A program made the position numbers and the translations under genes. The notes below the pieces were generated by a model. That model searched no databases. It was not told where the DNA came from and saw only the letters and a list, made by a program, of their open reading frames with translations. Below, piece by piece: positions 1 through 13,689 of a stretch of DNA of 64,000 nucleotides; positions within the stretch are counted from its first letter, which is position 1, and each line of letters opens with the position of its first letter. Origin of the DNA: Octopus sinensis (taxonomy: Eukaryota); contig NC_043016.1 of assembly GCF_006345805.1 (NCBI RefSeq), positions 21,328,001 to 21,392,000 on the forward strand. The letters are read 5' to 3'.

Positions 1-300
1 TGGTGCATTTCACTGTGTACACCAAATGGGAATCCTTACACATCCCACCTTCTGTATAAATCATAACATTTCTGCTATTATTTGTGATGGAATTATTGTA
101 GTACAATGAACCTCTTCTGCAGCTGTGCAGCGTTCAAAAACTTCAATGCTAGTTTTCTGGGGGTTAGAGGTAGTGGTTAATAGCTCTCTTATATTATTTT
201 TACTGTGTCTAAAGGCAACAATAGGCAGATGAGGGAATATTTGTTTGAAGCAAGGATATTTTTCTGAAGTATACTGGTAACTTTCATGCAACATTTTTGA
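1..300 (-). mobile_element. Penelope-like element remnant (RT-to-GIY-YIG linker and start of the endonuclease)
   Basis: The minus-strand ORF has FPHLPIVAFRHSKNNIRELL, resembling the PLE PIVAFRRxxNLRDLL motif. It is followed out of frame by DSHLVYTVKCT, resembling the first GIY-YIG strand. Confidence 0.6.
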
Positions 301-819
301 AATGTCTGTGAAATTTTGTTACCAGTTAATCAATCACTGAAGGAATTTGATCACAAATTTTACTTTGGCTGTTAAAATTATGCATGAAAGTTGAACTCTC
401 TTTGCTAATTTTAGCTATGTCATTTGTGATTTCCTTTAATAAGGATCCTCTTTAACCACTTTTGACATAATGGCATACAAAGCATTTGCACATTTCCAGT
501 AATCCCCTATGTCAGTACAAATCCATTTTATTCTCAAAAACTAGAAACTCCTCTATCACTGAGAGTAGATACATCTGACATTGGAATTGGTGGAGAACTG
601 CAAAAGTTTGTCCAAAATTCCTGGCAAGCACTTTCTCTTTTTTTTAAGTGTTTCAAGTCAGCCAAAATTAGATACAGTACTTTTGGATGAGAGTTATGGG
701 CAGCTTATATATCTATGAAGCATTTGCATAATTTCTTAGGAGGATGAACCTTCACCATTCATAGTGATCATAAAGCATTGACTTATGCATTGCAATCCAA
801 GATGGATAAATATTCCTGA

Positions 820-1234
820 AGAGACAGCGTCACCTTACCAACACGTGCCAGTGGCACGTGAAAAACAATATTCAAGCGGATCGTTGCCAGCATCACCTTA
901 CCGGCACATGTGCCGGTGGCATGTGAAAAACAACATTCAAACGTGGTCATTGCCAGTGCCACCGGACTGCTCCTGTGCAGGTAGCATGTAAAAACACTTT
1001 TTGAGCATGGTCATTACCAGAACTGCCTAACTGTCCCTTGTGCCGGTGGCATGTAAAAAGCACCCACTACACTACTCTCTAGTGGTTGGCATTAGGAAGG
1101 GCATCCAGCTGTAGAAACTTTGCCTGATCAGACTGAGCCTGGTGCAGCCTCTGGCTTACCAGTCCTCAGTCAAACCGTCCAACCCATGCCAGCATGGAAA
1201 ACAGACGTTAAACGATGATGATGATGATGATGAT
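820..1234 (+). mobile_element. RTE-LINE 3' tail / SINE-like fragment ending in (GAT)n
   Basis: Contains the family tail ggttggcattaggaagggcatccagctgtagaaac...catgccagcatggaaaacagacgttaaacgatgatgatg, which recurs at about 21400, 42360 and 49320. Internal repeats of about 60-70 bp are present. Confidence 0.75.
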
Positions 1235-1558
1235 GCACAAACTGTTGATATTCATCATATCAAGGGTGCTGAAAATTTTGCAGTAGATGCTTTATCCCAT
1301 GTTTATCTCAATGTTTTGCATTCTGCTGATACTATTGATTTGGAGAAAATGGTGATGGATGAGAGAAGCAACAAAGAGTTATTGCAACTCTGAAATTCAG
1401 TCATCTTCTCTAGATTGATTTTCATCTATTACCACTATGTTCTAGTGTTTCATTTGGATGGTGTGATGTTTCAACTGGATTTTCTAGACCTTACACCCTG
1501 TAAAACTATAAACCACCTTTTCAGCTCTTCCTAAGTTATCTCATCCTGGTATTTCAGC

Positions 1559-2642
1559 TTGGGTCTTCAAGAGGGGCCATGTTTCTGCTCTATAGAGGAG
1601 AATGGAGAGGACTATTGCATTGTAGATGTGGAGCTTCGTCTCCAAGGAGAAAGAGCAGTGAAAGCCAGAGGGGATTTCATAGGGAGTACATGACCCCAGC
1701 AGCCAGACTACATCTGCAATTGGTCTTTGGGATCAGGTCTCCATTATTGGTGACTGTGGAGTCTATGTAGATGAATGTACTGACACATTTCACAAGATGG
1801 GGACCAATATGGAGAGTGGGAGGATCCAGGCCATCTCCAACATGTATCAACTTGGTTTTCTCCCAACTCACCTAAAGGCCAAATCTTGCTGATCCTTCTC
1901 TGTATATTGTCAGTGCATCCTCTGCATACTGTCAGTATGTCAATCAAGTTGCTGAATAGGGTGGTATCACCCACATATTCCAGGTTGGTAAGGTGATAGT
2001 TACTGAAAGTAATGCCAGAGATTCACTCACAAACCTTGGTCATCAGATAATTGATGACACAGTTGAAGAGCACAGGGCAGCCACACAGCCTTGTCTAACC
2101 CTGATGGGGGATCAGTTCACCATTTTACCTGCATGCAGCTCTCAGCACTGCTACAGAGCCATTAGAAGGGAGGAAAGATCTTAGGAGAATCGATGGCTTT
2201 GATAGCAGAGCCCTGAGAACCATTGAGAACATCAGATGGTACCATCACATATCAAACAAAGAACTGTTTGTGTGCATGTATCAGCCCACAGCCTCCCATC
2301 TCATAGCTATCTGTTACATGTGCTAGTACAGACAAGTCCTCAGTCTCCTGTCAGATCATCCTATCAGGACTTCAGTCTTATTCAATACAGCAGCTGTGGG
2401 CTGGAAGAGGCCTTGTGGCAGGTCCTGTACCAGACAGCTGAACATGATTGGGAAAGATCTCCAGAAGCTCAACATCACCTTGGAGGATGTGGAAGAGATG
2501 GCATGGGACTGCCAGCGATGGAGAGCATTGGTGGACCTGGTCGGCTCTATGTATGATATGTATGATGACACCTCTGGGACTACTAACTTGGAATGATCCC
2601 CGCCCCTTCAAGCAAGAGCATGAAGCCAAGAAGTCAAGTTAA
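1559..2642. mobile_element. 5'-inverted RTE-clade LINE insertion with an 11-bp TSD
   Basis: TSD GGTATTTCAGC at 1548-1558 and 2643-2653. From about 2170 down to 1559 the minus strand encodes RT (GVRQGCV...TKLHIYNAIVLSILLYRAETWPLLKT). From about 2170 to 2642 the plus strand encodes the continuation (RRIDGFDSRALRTIENIRW...GWKRPCGR...RWRALV). Confidence 0.85.
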
Positions 2643-3374
2643 GGTATTTCAGCAATGGTGAAATTAATTTTACCCTGTTTTGTTCAGCCAGGTATGAAGA
2701 GGACCATTCATAATTGGACACGCAAAGAAAGCCAAGGTTCAGCCCTACATTAAGGTACCTTTAGACACATTTGTTACTCTTGACACTCATTTTAAACATA
2801 TCCTCATAGATATCATGGAACTGCCATCATTAGTTCAGGATAAAATGTATCTCCAAACCTATAGAGACCATTTTTCTTGGTGGTTTGAAGTCATCTCTTA
2901 CTGTTGCAAGGACCTTTATAGCTGACTAGATTTCATGTTTTGGCATGCCTATGACAAAACAACTAACAGTCTTTTTGCTGATTCATGTAATCTTTTAGGT
3001 TCACAAAGAATTCATACTACAGCTTATCATCCCATGTCTAACAGGATGGTAGAATATTTCCATCTCCAGCTTGAAGCAGCTTCACGATCACATTCCAATT
3101 TGGATAGGTTAAAACTTTTTTTTCCATCTGATATCAATACCTGGACTCATGTCTTCATACTCAACAATTCAGTTGAGCATCCTTTGCACAGTTTATTCCA
3201 GTCTGTACTATATGCTAAACCTGAACCAAAATATATGGCCTTTGATATTCAAGGGAAACAGGAAACTATCAGTGTTGATCGACTTCAGGAGACTTCTGTG
3301 AAGTTCATTCCCCTACCACAATACTCTTCTTCTTTGTCTGCTACACCCAAACAATCCACACATAAACATAAATC

Positions 3375-6036
3375 CAGAGCTGGGTTTAAGTCCATTAATC
3401 CATTAATCATTAATTAATGAAGTTAACATTCGCATTAAGGATTTAACTTTTAAGTTAACTTTGAAAATCATTATTGGACTAATTAACTTCTGTTACATTC
3501 AGCTTCCATTAACCCAAGTCCGTTAACCCAAAAATTTCATGAAAACCGGTAAACGTTTAAAAGTTTCTATTGTTTTCAGATTGTCTTAGCATATTTAATA
3601 TTGTACATGTCATTCTTTCAACTCCGATATAATGCCACTTATTATTATAAATAACTTGTAGGACCTCATTTGGCCATGTCTGGATTTGAAACCAAATCCA
3701 CCTGCTTGTTGCTTGCAAAGGTAGTGGGAAATTTCTTTGTCCTGTCAAGAAGGAACAGTGATTGATGTTTTCACTTGATCTGTGACCTCACTGTGTCATG
3801 GAGAGAATTATGTATATATCATGCTTTTCATTATTTTTTTTTTTTTTTTACAGCCACTTTATCAACAAACTTTTTTTTAGTTTAACACTAATATTGTGTT
3901 TCATTTGAGTTTTTTTTTTACCCTTTTCTGGCTCTAAAAGTCTTTAAAAACCTAAAAAAGGGCCAAAATTATGAAATCGCCTTTTTTAGACCCTTTAAAA
4001 TTTGAAACTATAAAATTAGCATTTTTTAACTCTAAAGAAAAAAAAACTATAATTTTAGTGTTCTTAAGCTCTCAAAAAGGCCAAAAAGTTGATTTTATAG
4101 TTTTGGCACTTTTTAACCGTTTGAAAGGTATTTGTATAAAATTTCACTAAAAATGCCTATTTTCCAGAAAGTTGTATCTAATTTGTCTGTGAAATCTTTT
4201 TAAAAAATAAACAAATTACGTTAGTGAATTCTTGTAGCTTTGAAATAACATGAGGGCTTTTCTTCCAGAAAGCACAGAACTGGGAGAAAAGCAAAATTAA
4301 TTGAGGTGAATGTCAACAGAGAAAATATTGACTTCCATAAAGTGGAAAAAATAAATGGAAGGCAAAAAACTGGTAAATATTTTGGTGTGAATGCAAATAG
4401 CAGTTACATGGTAAAAGGGCATGCTAGAAATAGCAGCCAAATCTTTCCTTTTCTGGAAAAAGGAGCTGTTTACACGTGATTTCGATGTCACATTTGTTGA
4501 AAGCAAGCACAAATAACCTGGAAAAGAAAAAAGACCTGTGAAATAAAACACTCTTGGTGGGAACCTTTGAGGTCCCACCACGCCTCCCACCTTTCTTTTC
4601 CAGAGAAAAAGTGGCTTGCTGCAGGTTTGGAAGTCAGATACATTGAATGCACCTGAAAAAACTGTGGAAAAAATTATCCCCCACCGAAGCACAAAATATT
4701 TACTGAAAGAATAAAATCTTGTACCAATTATACTTGTATTTTAATTGACTCAAATTAATGTAACTCATTTTGAAAAGTGTCAAAATTTTTATCAGTTATC
4801 AAAATTTTTATCTGGGATAATTTTAGTAACAAATCAAACAGATAAGATGCATTAAGAATTTCAGTTTTAGTGTTTATCCATAATATTATTGCTTTTACAC
4901 CTGTTGAATAAATTTACCTGCCCATAAATGCCAAATTTACTCAGCAAGATCAGCAAAAATTACACGACTATAAATTTCAAATCTGTATGTAAAAAGTTAT
5001 AAGCAAATATTGTGCTTGAACCTGAATAATTCAAAATAACGTGAACAAATAAGCATTACATTTGACAGATTAATATGAATACTAAAGATGTTTTTAGGTG
5101 TGTTTTTTCTGACACACACACATAACATAACCTTGCCCAGTTGGGACTAGATGTGCGTTACTTTGACATCATTCCATTAAATTTGTTTATGGGGAGAAAA
5201 ATATTGAAAAATATCAATAGATGTGTGAGTGAGAAAGAAACAAGAAGGGAGGTTATGGAATGTGCTAGAAACAACAGCCAGATCTCCCTTAAATCACACA
5301 TTTTCCACTGAAATTATTAACATTTTTTTTTTAGACCAAAAGTGTTTCTCTCACGGGTTTTAAGTGATAGTGAAAAAAAATAAATGGCCAAAATCATGTC
5401 AGGCTGGGGTGGGGACAGCATGGTGGGAGTGAAAAACAATAAATTTTCAAAATTTTTTTCTTTTTTTTTTTTTGTGAAAAGATGCCGCCCATCATTCTGA
5501 AGACTTTGGAGAAAAGCATTGGAAAAAGTCTCCATCAAAACAGAGAAATTCTAACTTATGTGGGCCATCTGATCCAAAATTCTGGTCTCCAGAACCACCT
5601 CTACTTCCAAAAATTTTGCCTACAAATTTCTTTGTAATCTTAATCTACCCCATTTGAAAGGTATTTGTATAAAATTTTTCCAGAAAGTTATGATGGGGAA
5701 AATATCGGGCCTTGTGAATTTTCCGAAACTCCTCTCCCTAACCACTCGGGAAATTTTTTCAAACAAATCTTTACATACACTCAATCTACAGGATATAAGT
5801 GATTATTTGGTGAAGGGTTCATTAGAATGTATCCATTTTTCTGGAAGTTATGAGGCAACAAAGTCAGTGGGGTATTAAACTGTAATTATGTCTTTTTCCA
5901 ATAAAAGTTAACATTAATGGATTAACGTTAACTTCCATTACATTTTCCAAGAATTAACGATTAACAAAGTAAACTTTTTTGTTAATGGATAAATGATTAA
6001 CAAAGTTAACTTTTCGATTAACGGTACCCACCTTTG
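3375..6036. mobile_element. Non-autonomous hAT-type DNA transposon
   Basis: 8-bp TSD CATAAATC at 3367-3374 and 6037-6044. Imperfect TIRs CAGAGCTGGGT / CAAAGGTGGGT (reverse complement), with TTAAC-rich subterminal repeats at both ends. Confidence 0.8.
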
Positions 6037-7584
6037 CATAAATCATTATCCAACAACATTGCACCTCACACTCAATGTAGACAAAAGTGGAAGAAGAATT
6101 CACTCAAATATTTTTCAACACAAAAAAAAAAATGTCTTTTTTTTTTACAGTTCCAAAATCAAGAAAAAGAACTGCAGAACTTAGCATACCTTACAAACTC
6201 ACCATTGTTATATAGACATTATTTCAGCATTTATTCTGTATTCAATGCATGTTTGAATGTTCAAGAATTTAGCTTCTGATCCCCTATAAAAGTCGTTTGG
6301 TATGTAGCTTAGGGAACAGATGATCAACAGACCTCTGTAATCATGGAAATTTACACAGTTAACTTTGTATATTTTTGGACTGACACAGACAGCTTTCTAT
6401 GATTTCAGAGTAGTTTGTCTCTCCCAGTAGGCAATTATTTATACTGTTCAATGAAATATATCTTCCTCTCTCTGCTATGCAAGCAACCAAGCAAATTCGT
6501 GACAAGACTATTGAATATTGCTTGCTGTTGAAAGTTTACTAAATAAGAACAAACAAAGTGTTGATTAATTTTAACTGAATGTTATAAGACTATGATTCAA
6601 GATAATAATTATGAAGCACCTGTACACCTAATTCACTAGGCAATTCTTATAAAATTGTATTAATAACACTCTAATAGTATCTTTCTAAATATATCTTTTA
6701 AATGTCAAACATTACCCAAATTTACCATGAACTAAAATGTAAATTTTAAAATTTTGTCTATGTATCTCTGTAGTATTAGGTTGAAATGAAAGATCTGTTA
6801 CATTTCAAGTCAAGAAAGAAATATTTCTTTCATCTTAAGTAATATATTTAATCAAGATAATATTTTCCCTTCATTATTGATAATATAATTTCATGTGTTT
6901 GACAAATTGTTGATCTTTCAGGCATAAAATTCTTCAGGTTTTGAAGCCAAGACACTCAATACCATTTTTACCCTCTTCACAACTAATATACATGATCTTC
7001 TTCTTCTGCACGTTACTTCATGTCTGGTAGTTGTTGCGTGTCATAAGAGAGCCAACTAGACCATGTCCTTGCTCTCTGACAACTAGATACCAAAAAAGGA
7101 AGTTGCAAGGCCTCGTGTCAGAATCTCACCACTCAAGCGCCATCTAGTGCAGGTTTGTTTAAACCCACTGTCAAGGGAGGTAACTGCAGCTACAATATTT
7201 TTAAACCTGGTTCTTATTTCATCGGTTTCTTTTCCCAAACCACTAAGTTACGGGGATGCAAACACACCAACACTGATTGTCAAGCGGTAATGGGGGACAA
7301 TACAGACACAAAAAAACACACACATAGATATATACATATATTAACTCTTAACTTAATCCCTTACTCATTTTGTTTCATCATCTTTTCATAGCAATCGCAA
7401 ACCAGATGTGTCCATTCACCTCCAATAATAGAGAGCAGTCGCCATATTTCATTCCATATTGGATACCTCTGATGAGCATAGGGTTTTATAATCAGATTGT
7501 TAGCTAACACTCCATTGTATCCCTAGCACAAAACCAATTGATAACATTGGCCATGATGGATATATAATACTGTACACTTCAGTA

Positions 7585-7618
<34 letters not shown>

Positions 7619-7739
7619 ATATACAGTGTTTGGGCTAAATCTCACAATTTTTTATGCCTCTGTTTTTGAAGAATGGCTTGATGCATTGGTGAACACTCAA
7701 CATGTTGGAGAATATAAAGAATAAAGTAATAATTGAGAA

Positions 7740-8640
7740 AAACTTAGTAGGCATGGAGGACTGGAAACCATCTGAACATTGGAAAAGAGTTGCCTATATC
7801 ATGATGATTTGCATCACATATCAAAATGCTGACATCATGACTACTGCTCAATGCCCTGTGAACACTATAGAGGCTTTAAGATATGACATAGCTGCAATGG
7901 AGACTGTGAATCCATGGCCAGCAGAAAGGGAAACAGCAGGCGGCATTCTACTGCACTCACATGCTGGAATTCATCCAACAACCCCAGAATAAGGTAATGG
8001 AAGATCTGAGCAAGTGAATCCAAGCATTGGCAAAAGAGACAGGTGTTGAAGTTGTCACCATGAAGTAGGCTCTGAATGAGGACCTTTGCTACCACTTGTA
8101 CAAGAGGCACAAGGGACAAATTCTGACAATCAAGTCCAAGGAGAACCATATCATGAAGTCAAAAAAGCTCTTCTCATATATCATGAAAACCAAGTTCCCC
8201 TAAACTGTGATGACCTTTGGATATGTTTCTAATGATGATAACATCATGCAACATCCCATCTTTGAACAGGGCTTTAGGTTCAATTCAGATAGGTATGTGA
8301 AGCTGCTGGAGACTATTGTCAAACCCTGGCTGAAGAAGGCTACTGCTGAAAGCCATATGTATGACAGAAGGATTCAGCTCCTTTCCCAACCTCTGGAAAG
8401 AGTGAGAAGTGGTTGTTGGAAAATTTCTACAACTTCACCATGCCCAATTTCTGGCCTCCTATTTCTCCCAGTTGTAGTCCTGTAGATTACTATGAGTGGG
8501 ACATAGTTGATAAAAACACCAACCACTGTACCTGCAACACCAAGGCCAAACTGGCATTTCAAGATCTTCCCAGGTACAGTGAGGAATTCATGTACCAGAT
8601 TCTGGAGACATCTTGAGGCCATGGTAGAAACTGAGGGAGG
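7740..8640 (+). mobile_element. Tc1/mariner (maT/DD37D-like) transposase remnant
   Basis: Frameshifted motifs: ALNEDLCYHLYKRHKGQILT, MKTKFPKTVMTFGYVSN, FNSDRYVKLLETIVKPWL and FWPPISPSCSPVDYYEW. Confidence 0.85.
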
Positions 8641-8681
8641 CTACTTTGAGGAAACTATTATTTCCCAGCCATAATCTAGTT

Positions 8682-9913
8682 CAGTGGTTCTCAATTAAAG
8701 GGTCATAATCATTGAGGGTGGGGTTGTTTGGGGTTTCTTGAAGGAACATGGAGGTTTGGGACAAAGCAATTTATTTCATGTATTTGAGGTACTGCATTGC
8801 AGCATTCAAGTATAAGATGCAACTTTACCAGCAAGGAGTTCAGGACAGTAACACAGCATTCTTTCCTCAGACGACAACTATCCTGGATTTTACGCCAGAA
8901 GCTGAATGCAGTTTTCATGAAGAGATCTCAACTCATCTTCTGGTAATGACACCGTTGAAAGTTACTTCCTGGGATTGAATGACCACTGTACTGATGTGTG
9001 GATCTGCAGACACTTTTGAGTGAAGGACAGTGCCATCAGTGATACTAATGTTGCTGCAAAGGTGGAATTTCTTCAGATTTGTTATTATACTCAATAGAGA
9101 GTTGATTTTTCTGAACAAGAGCTTCTGACATTTTGGGTGAAACTGAATGATGACTTTCCTCTTCTTTCAATTCATGCACTGACCATGCTGATCCAGTCCC
9201 TCTCAGCCTGCGAGGCTGGATTCTCATCAATGATGGCACTGAAAACAAAGTAACGCAGTAGGCTTGTGATTGACATCAACATGAGGTGTTGTCTGTCAAG
9301 CAATGCTCTTTGCTTTGATGTACATGTGGCAGCAAAACAATATCAACACTCCCACTGAGGGAATAAGTAGGTTTGTATGATGTTCAGTTGTTCCATGCAT
9401 TTTTTAGCACTTTTAGCATTTTGAAGGTCTTTTATTTGTAACATTTTCAATAAATTAGGATCCTCATATAGTTTTGTTTTATCTTACCTTTATGCAAAAT
9501 TCACCATTACAAAATCTATTATAGGGGGTCACCATTAGAAAATTTATTATAGGAGTCATGGAGAGTCTTGATAGGTAAGATGTGGAGGCGTGTGGCTTAG
9601 TGGTTAGGGTGTTGAACTCATGATCGTAAGGTTGTGGTTTCGATTCCTGGACCGGGTGATGCGTTGTGTTCTTGAGCAAAACACTTCATTTCACATTGCT
9701 CCAGTCCACTCAGCTGGCAAAAATGAGTAATTCTGTGAAGGACTGGCGTCCCGTCCAGCTGGGGAATTTCTATGCCACTGAAACCGGGAAACCGTCCCTT
9801 ATGAGCCTGGCATGGCTCGAGAAGGAACACTTTTTTTTTTGGTAGGTAAGATGATGAGTCTTACCTTGGAGAATCTCAGTAGGTAAGATGATGAAAATGA
9901 TTAAGAACCACTG
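8682..9913 (+). mobile_element. hAT (Buster/Charlie-like) internally deleted element
   Basis: TIRs CAGTGGTTCT/AGAACCACTG and an 8-bp TSD ATCTAGTT at 8674-8681 and 9914-9921. C-terminal dimerisation motif ACEAGFSSMMALKTK*RSRL..MRCCLS. Confidence 0.9.
9583..9842 (+). mobile_element. tRNA-derived SINE (V-domain-like core) nested in the hAT element
   Basis: Box A TGGCTTAGTGG and box B GGTTTCGATTCC. Core ctggcgtcccgtccag...gaaaccggga. TSD TAGGTAAGATG at 9572-9582 and 9843-9853. Confidence 0.85.
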
Positions 9914-10399
9914 ATCTAGTTGATATTGTCTGATTTTTTAAAATACTTTTATTTTTGGATAGGATATTGTTTACGCTTTCTTATTTGATGTGAACTTGTG
10001 TATTGAAAGAAATTTTGTTGTGTCTTGAGAGAGTCATTATGCCAATATAATGACACATGCACAGGTTCAATTCCACTTCTTTACTGTTTGGTCAATTGGT
10101 TAAATATCTAACTAACTAACTAATCAGTCACGTGTTTAATGTGTTGGTTAAAAAATATCAATTGTTTGTTAGTCTATCAAAGTTCTTATGTTGCTGTTTG
10201 CAATCTTTTCAGTGACTCTCCATTCACCAACAGTAATTCCAACAACACACCCAAAGTATATGGTACAATACATTTGGATGCAGATGAAATACATCTATAG
10301 GATTACCATTGAAATCATTACATACAAGATGATCTATAGAACTGATTGTCCGTCTAAGATTGAGAAAAATAAGATAGAAATTAGGGCATTACAACACCA

Positions 10400-10740
10400 G
10401 CAACAACACAAACATATAAAACCAAAACAATCACAGTACCTATAACAGCAATAAGAACAATGACAATAACAATACCAACAAGAACTACAACAGCAAAAAT
10501 AATGACAACAACTATAACAATAACACCCACAACCACCACCACTACCACTGCCACCCCACCACCACCACCACCCTCTACTACTAACACTGACAATGATCCA
10601 GGCATCTAAAACCACCATATCCACAACAACAATAAAAACAATAACAATAACCACGGCAACAATCACAACACCAGCAACCACAACAATGACAACCCCAACA
10701 ATAATAACACCAACAATAATAACACCAATAGCACCCTAGG
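10400..10740. repeat. Degenerate (AAC/ACA/ACC)n trinucleotide microsatellite
   Basis: Visible low-complexity tract; it explains the Val/Cys-rich ORFs in the track. Confidence 0.9.
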
Positions 10741-13330
10741 CCATGTCTTTTATAACCCCAAGGACCAATCCTATGATATGACATGAATTTACCCCACAGC
10801 CTTACCATTCAGCAAAAGAGTATGCATCCCACCACACATGGACAGTGAGTCAGAGACAAAAATTTGTTTAGCTAGAGGCAGACTCAAACACATCTTAGAC
10901 CAATACAACAAAACTACTTGGAAGCATAGTGAGATGGAAGCCCATCAGCTTCGTTCAACAGTTGCCAGAGTTCTACAAAAATTAAAACAGTGAATTAGGG
11001 CAAGGAAATAGTATGCCTTCCAGCTGACAAGTTTAGCAGAGTGTCAGTAGACAGCCTACAGAACTATGTCCAGTTCATGAAACAAACACATCTGTAACAT
11101 GAGAGAAGATGCACCACAAGAACATGGGAATGTAGTGCAACATACTTCAACCCAGAAAACAGGCTGCTCAAAATTTCCAAGCATCCAACAACAATGTTCC
11201 TCCACTTTATGGGTTATGGAAGGACCATAAATCCTTCACAGACCCTGTTATGGGGCCCCCAATGCAGCCAGTTTGCAGGGCCAATATTTCCAGCAACTAT
11301 AGGCTGTCCTGCCTCCTCTCACAAGTATTATAATCACTCGGTGAAGTGCCCCAGTGTCTGTGTGTGCATGGATGACCTCCTCAGTAGAATCAATGAGTGT
11401 AACCACTCAAACAACCTCAAAGGTTGTGTAATAGGTAGTTATAGACATGATATCACTCTATTCATCTATTAACATAGATTTTGCCATGAAGAAGTACATA
11501 GAGATACTCTGTGAGAGCAAAGTAGAGTTCAATGAAATTAACATGAGGGAACTGGGCCTCCTCCTCTGACTAACCTATGACTGTAATTACCTGGACAATC
11601 ATGACCTAAGTAGATTCTGCCTCACTAGGTTTGAACAGGAAAATCACCCACCATCACACTGGTAGCAAAGAAGAGAACCACAGAACACTAGAGTGGCTGA
11701 ACTATACCCACCCAGGACCCAGTGAGCAGCAACCAGGTGAGAAAGATATTTGCATATGTGCTAGCCATAAAAACTACTTTGAAGAACGACACTCAAGTTC
11801 AATAAGAAAGTATATATGCAGGTTCAAAGAGCAGCCACTACAGTCAGTGTGGCTGTGGATGTGGCTGGACAGAAAGCTTAAGCAATCCTTAGGTGAGCAC
11901 TCTATATTGTAAGTATATAGAAGACATTAATATTCTAGTTAGGACAATCCCATATGGTCACACTGAGGAAGTCAAGAGGAGTACAATGGAGATCTAATTT
12001 CATCCATCAGAGTATCAAAGTAACAATAGCTTACCCCACTGGCCACCCTAATAATGTTCTTCCTGTTTGAGATACCTTGAACAACAAAATATAACTTCTC
12101 CACCCCTATTACATGAAACCAGAGTATCAAAGTAACAATAGCTTACCCCACTGGCCACCCTAATAATGTTCTTCCTGTTGAGATACCTTGAACAACAAAA
12201 TATAACTTCTCCACCCCTATTACATGAAACCAGAGTATCAAAGTAACAATAGCTTACCCCACTGGCCACCCTAATAATGTTCTTCCTGTTTGAGATACCT
12301 TGAACAACAAAATATAACTTCTCCACCCCTATTACATGAAACCAGAGTATCAAAGTAACAATAGCTTACCCCACTGGCCACCCTAATAATGTTCTTCCTG
12401 TTTGAGATACCTTGAACAACAAAATATAACTTCTCCACCCCTATTACATGAAGCCCATAGCTACCAAATACTTATTCACAAGAACTCAGCCTTGTCACAC
12501 AATGTAAAGATTAACATACTAATAATGGACTTAGGATAATGAACAATATGTCCCCCCAGTGAAAATCCTATGAAACAAAGAGACATGTGCAGAACTTCAT
12601 GCAACATATGTAGTTCTCTGGCTATGGCCAGGAAGATAGGTCTTGAGTGTACAGGAGGGCCAGAAAAAATTAGATAATATCACGTAACAGCCAGTGGAAC
12701 CCACCCTAGATATCAGGGGAAATATTTTAACAGTATACAAAGGATTTGTGATAAAGCAAACAGAGCAAACACATGGTACAAGGCTAATAAATAACAAGAA
12801 GCGATGTTTGTAGAGGTCACACCACATGAAGAGTTAGCTTGTAGGTTTAGGAAAGCTCTGAAGGATACCAAATTTAACATATTATTATGGCTGAATTCCA
12901 AACCAAACTGGTGCAAACAGAATAGACCTCATGGTGTTCTGTAGGACAGGGAACCAAAGTCATGCACTTTTGCTGAGGTTAGCTACTGTACATGTGAAAA
13001 TACCATCAAAAGTCCAGGGATAAAAAGAAAACATTTATGATGAACTATTGCAGAACTTACAGCTCTTGTATCCTGAATATAAATTTTCATTTTGTACCCA
13101 TCATTGTAGCTGCATTAGGTTATGTATCTACAGATTTAAACAAAAACTTAAAAATATAAGGTTTCTTAAAGAAAGAGCAAAAGAAACTGACATGCTTTTT
13201 GTAATATACAAGGAAGGCATTACCTGTAAGGAAGTCATTATTGATGTATATAAAAGAGTTTGTCCAAAAGGTAATTAGATTTAATAGTAGAAAAAGTAGA
13301 AAAAAATGGAAAAAATATATGTATATATAC
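10740..13330 (+). mobile_element. Penelope-like element remnant (RT plus GIY-YIG region), copy 1
   Basis: Degenerate RT motif (GS.DMISLFPSI-like at about 11435-11480). Clear nucleotide similarity of 12480-12900 to the better-preserved copy at 30270-30720, e.g. gtttgtagaggtcacaccacatgaagagttagc vs gtttgtagaggccacaacccatggagaactagc. Confidence 0.7.
12008..12452 (+). repeat. Tandem array of 4 x 112 bp inside the PLE RT region
   Basis: Units start at 12008, 12120, 12231 and 12343. They are identical except for a 1-nt deletion in unit 2. Confidence 0.95.
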
Positions 13331-13413
13331 ATATGCGCATGCACTAAAAAAATGCATGTAGACACACAGCCACACACACATCACAGAGACACACACACCC
13401 AGATGCACATATA

Positions 13414-13469
<56 letters not shown>

Positions 13470-13689
13470 ATATTCATGCACATACACATATGGAATACAT
13501 ATGCACAGACATACATAAACACACTACATATGCACACAAGAAAAAAGAAACGTGATGGAGACAGACAGAGATCGACCCACACATGCACAGATCTATTCAT
13601 ATGTATATATGTACACACAGACTCACCTACACACACAAATTCATACATATTATAGATAGATACACACATACATATATAGATATGTATGT

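Larger units (their letters stand above)
500..6120 (+). mobile_element. Degenerate Gypsy LTR-retrotransposon pol (RNase H and integrase), interrupted by three younger insertions
   Basis: RNase H motifs DTSDIGIGGEL, SDHKALTY and HHIKGAENFAVDALS. Integrase motifs HPGISA and TTAYHPMSNRMVE. The C-terminal KSGRRIH resumes after 6044. Confidence 0.85.

Noticed and set aside
12008-12452. CRISPR-like array
   Set aside because: The units are identical end to end with no unique spacers, in a eukaryotic TE context.
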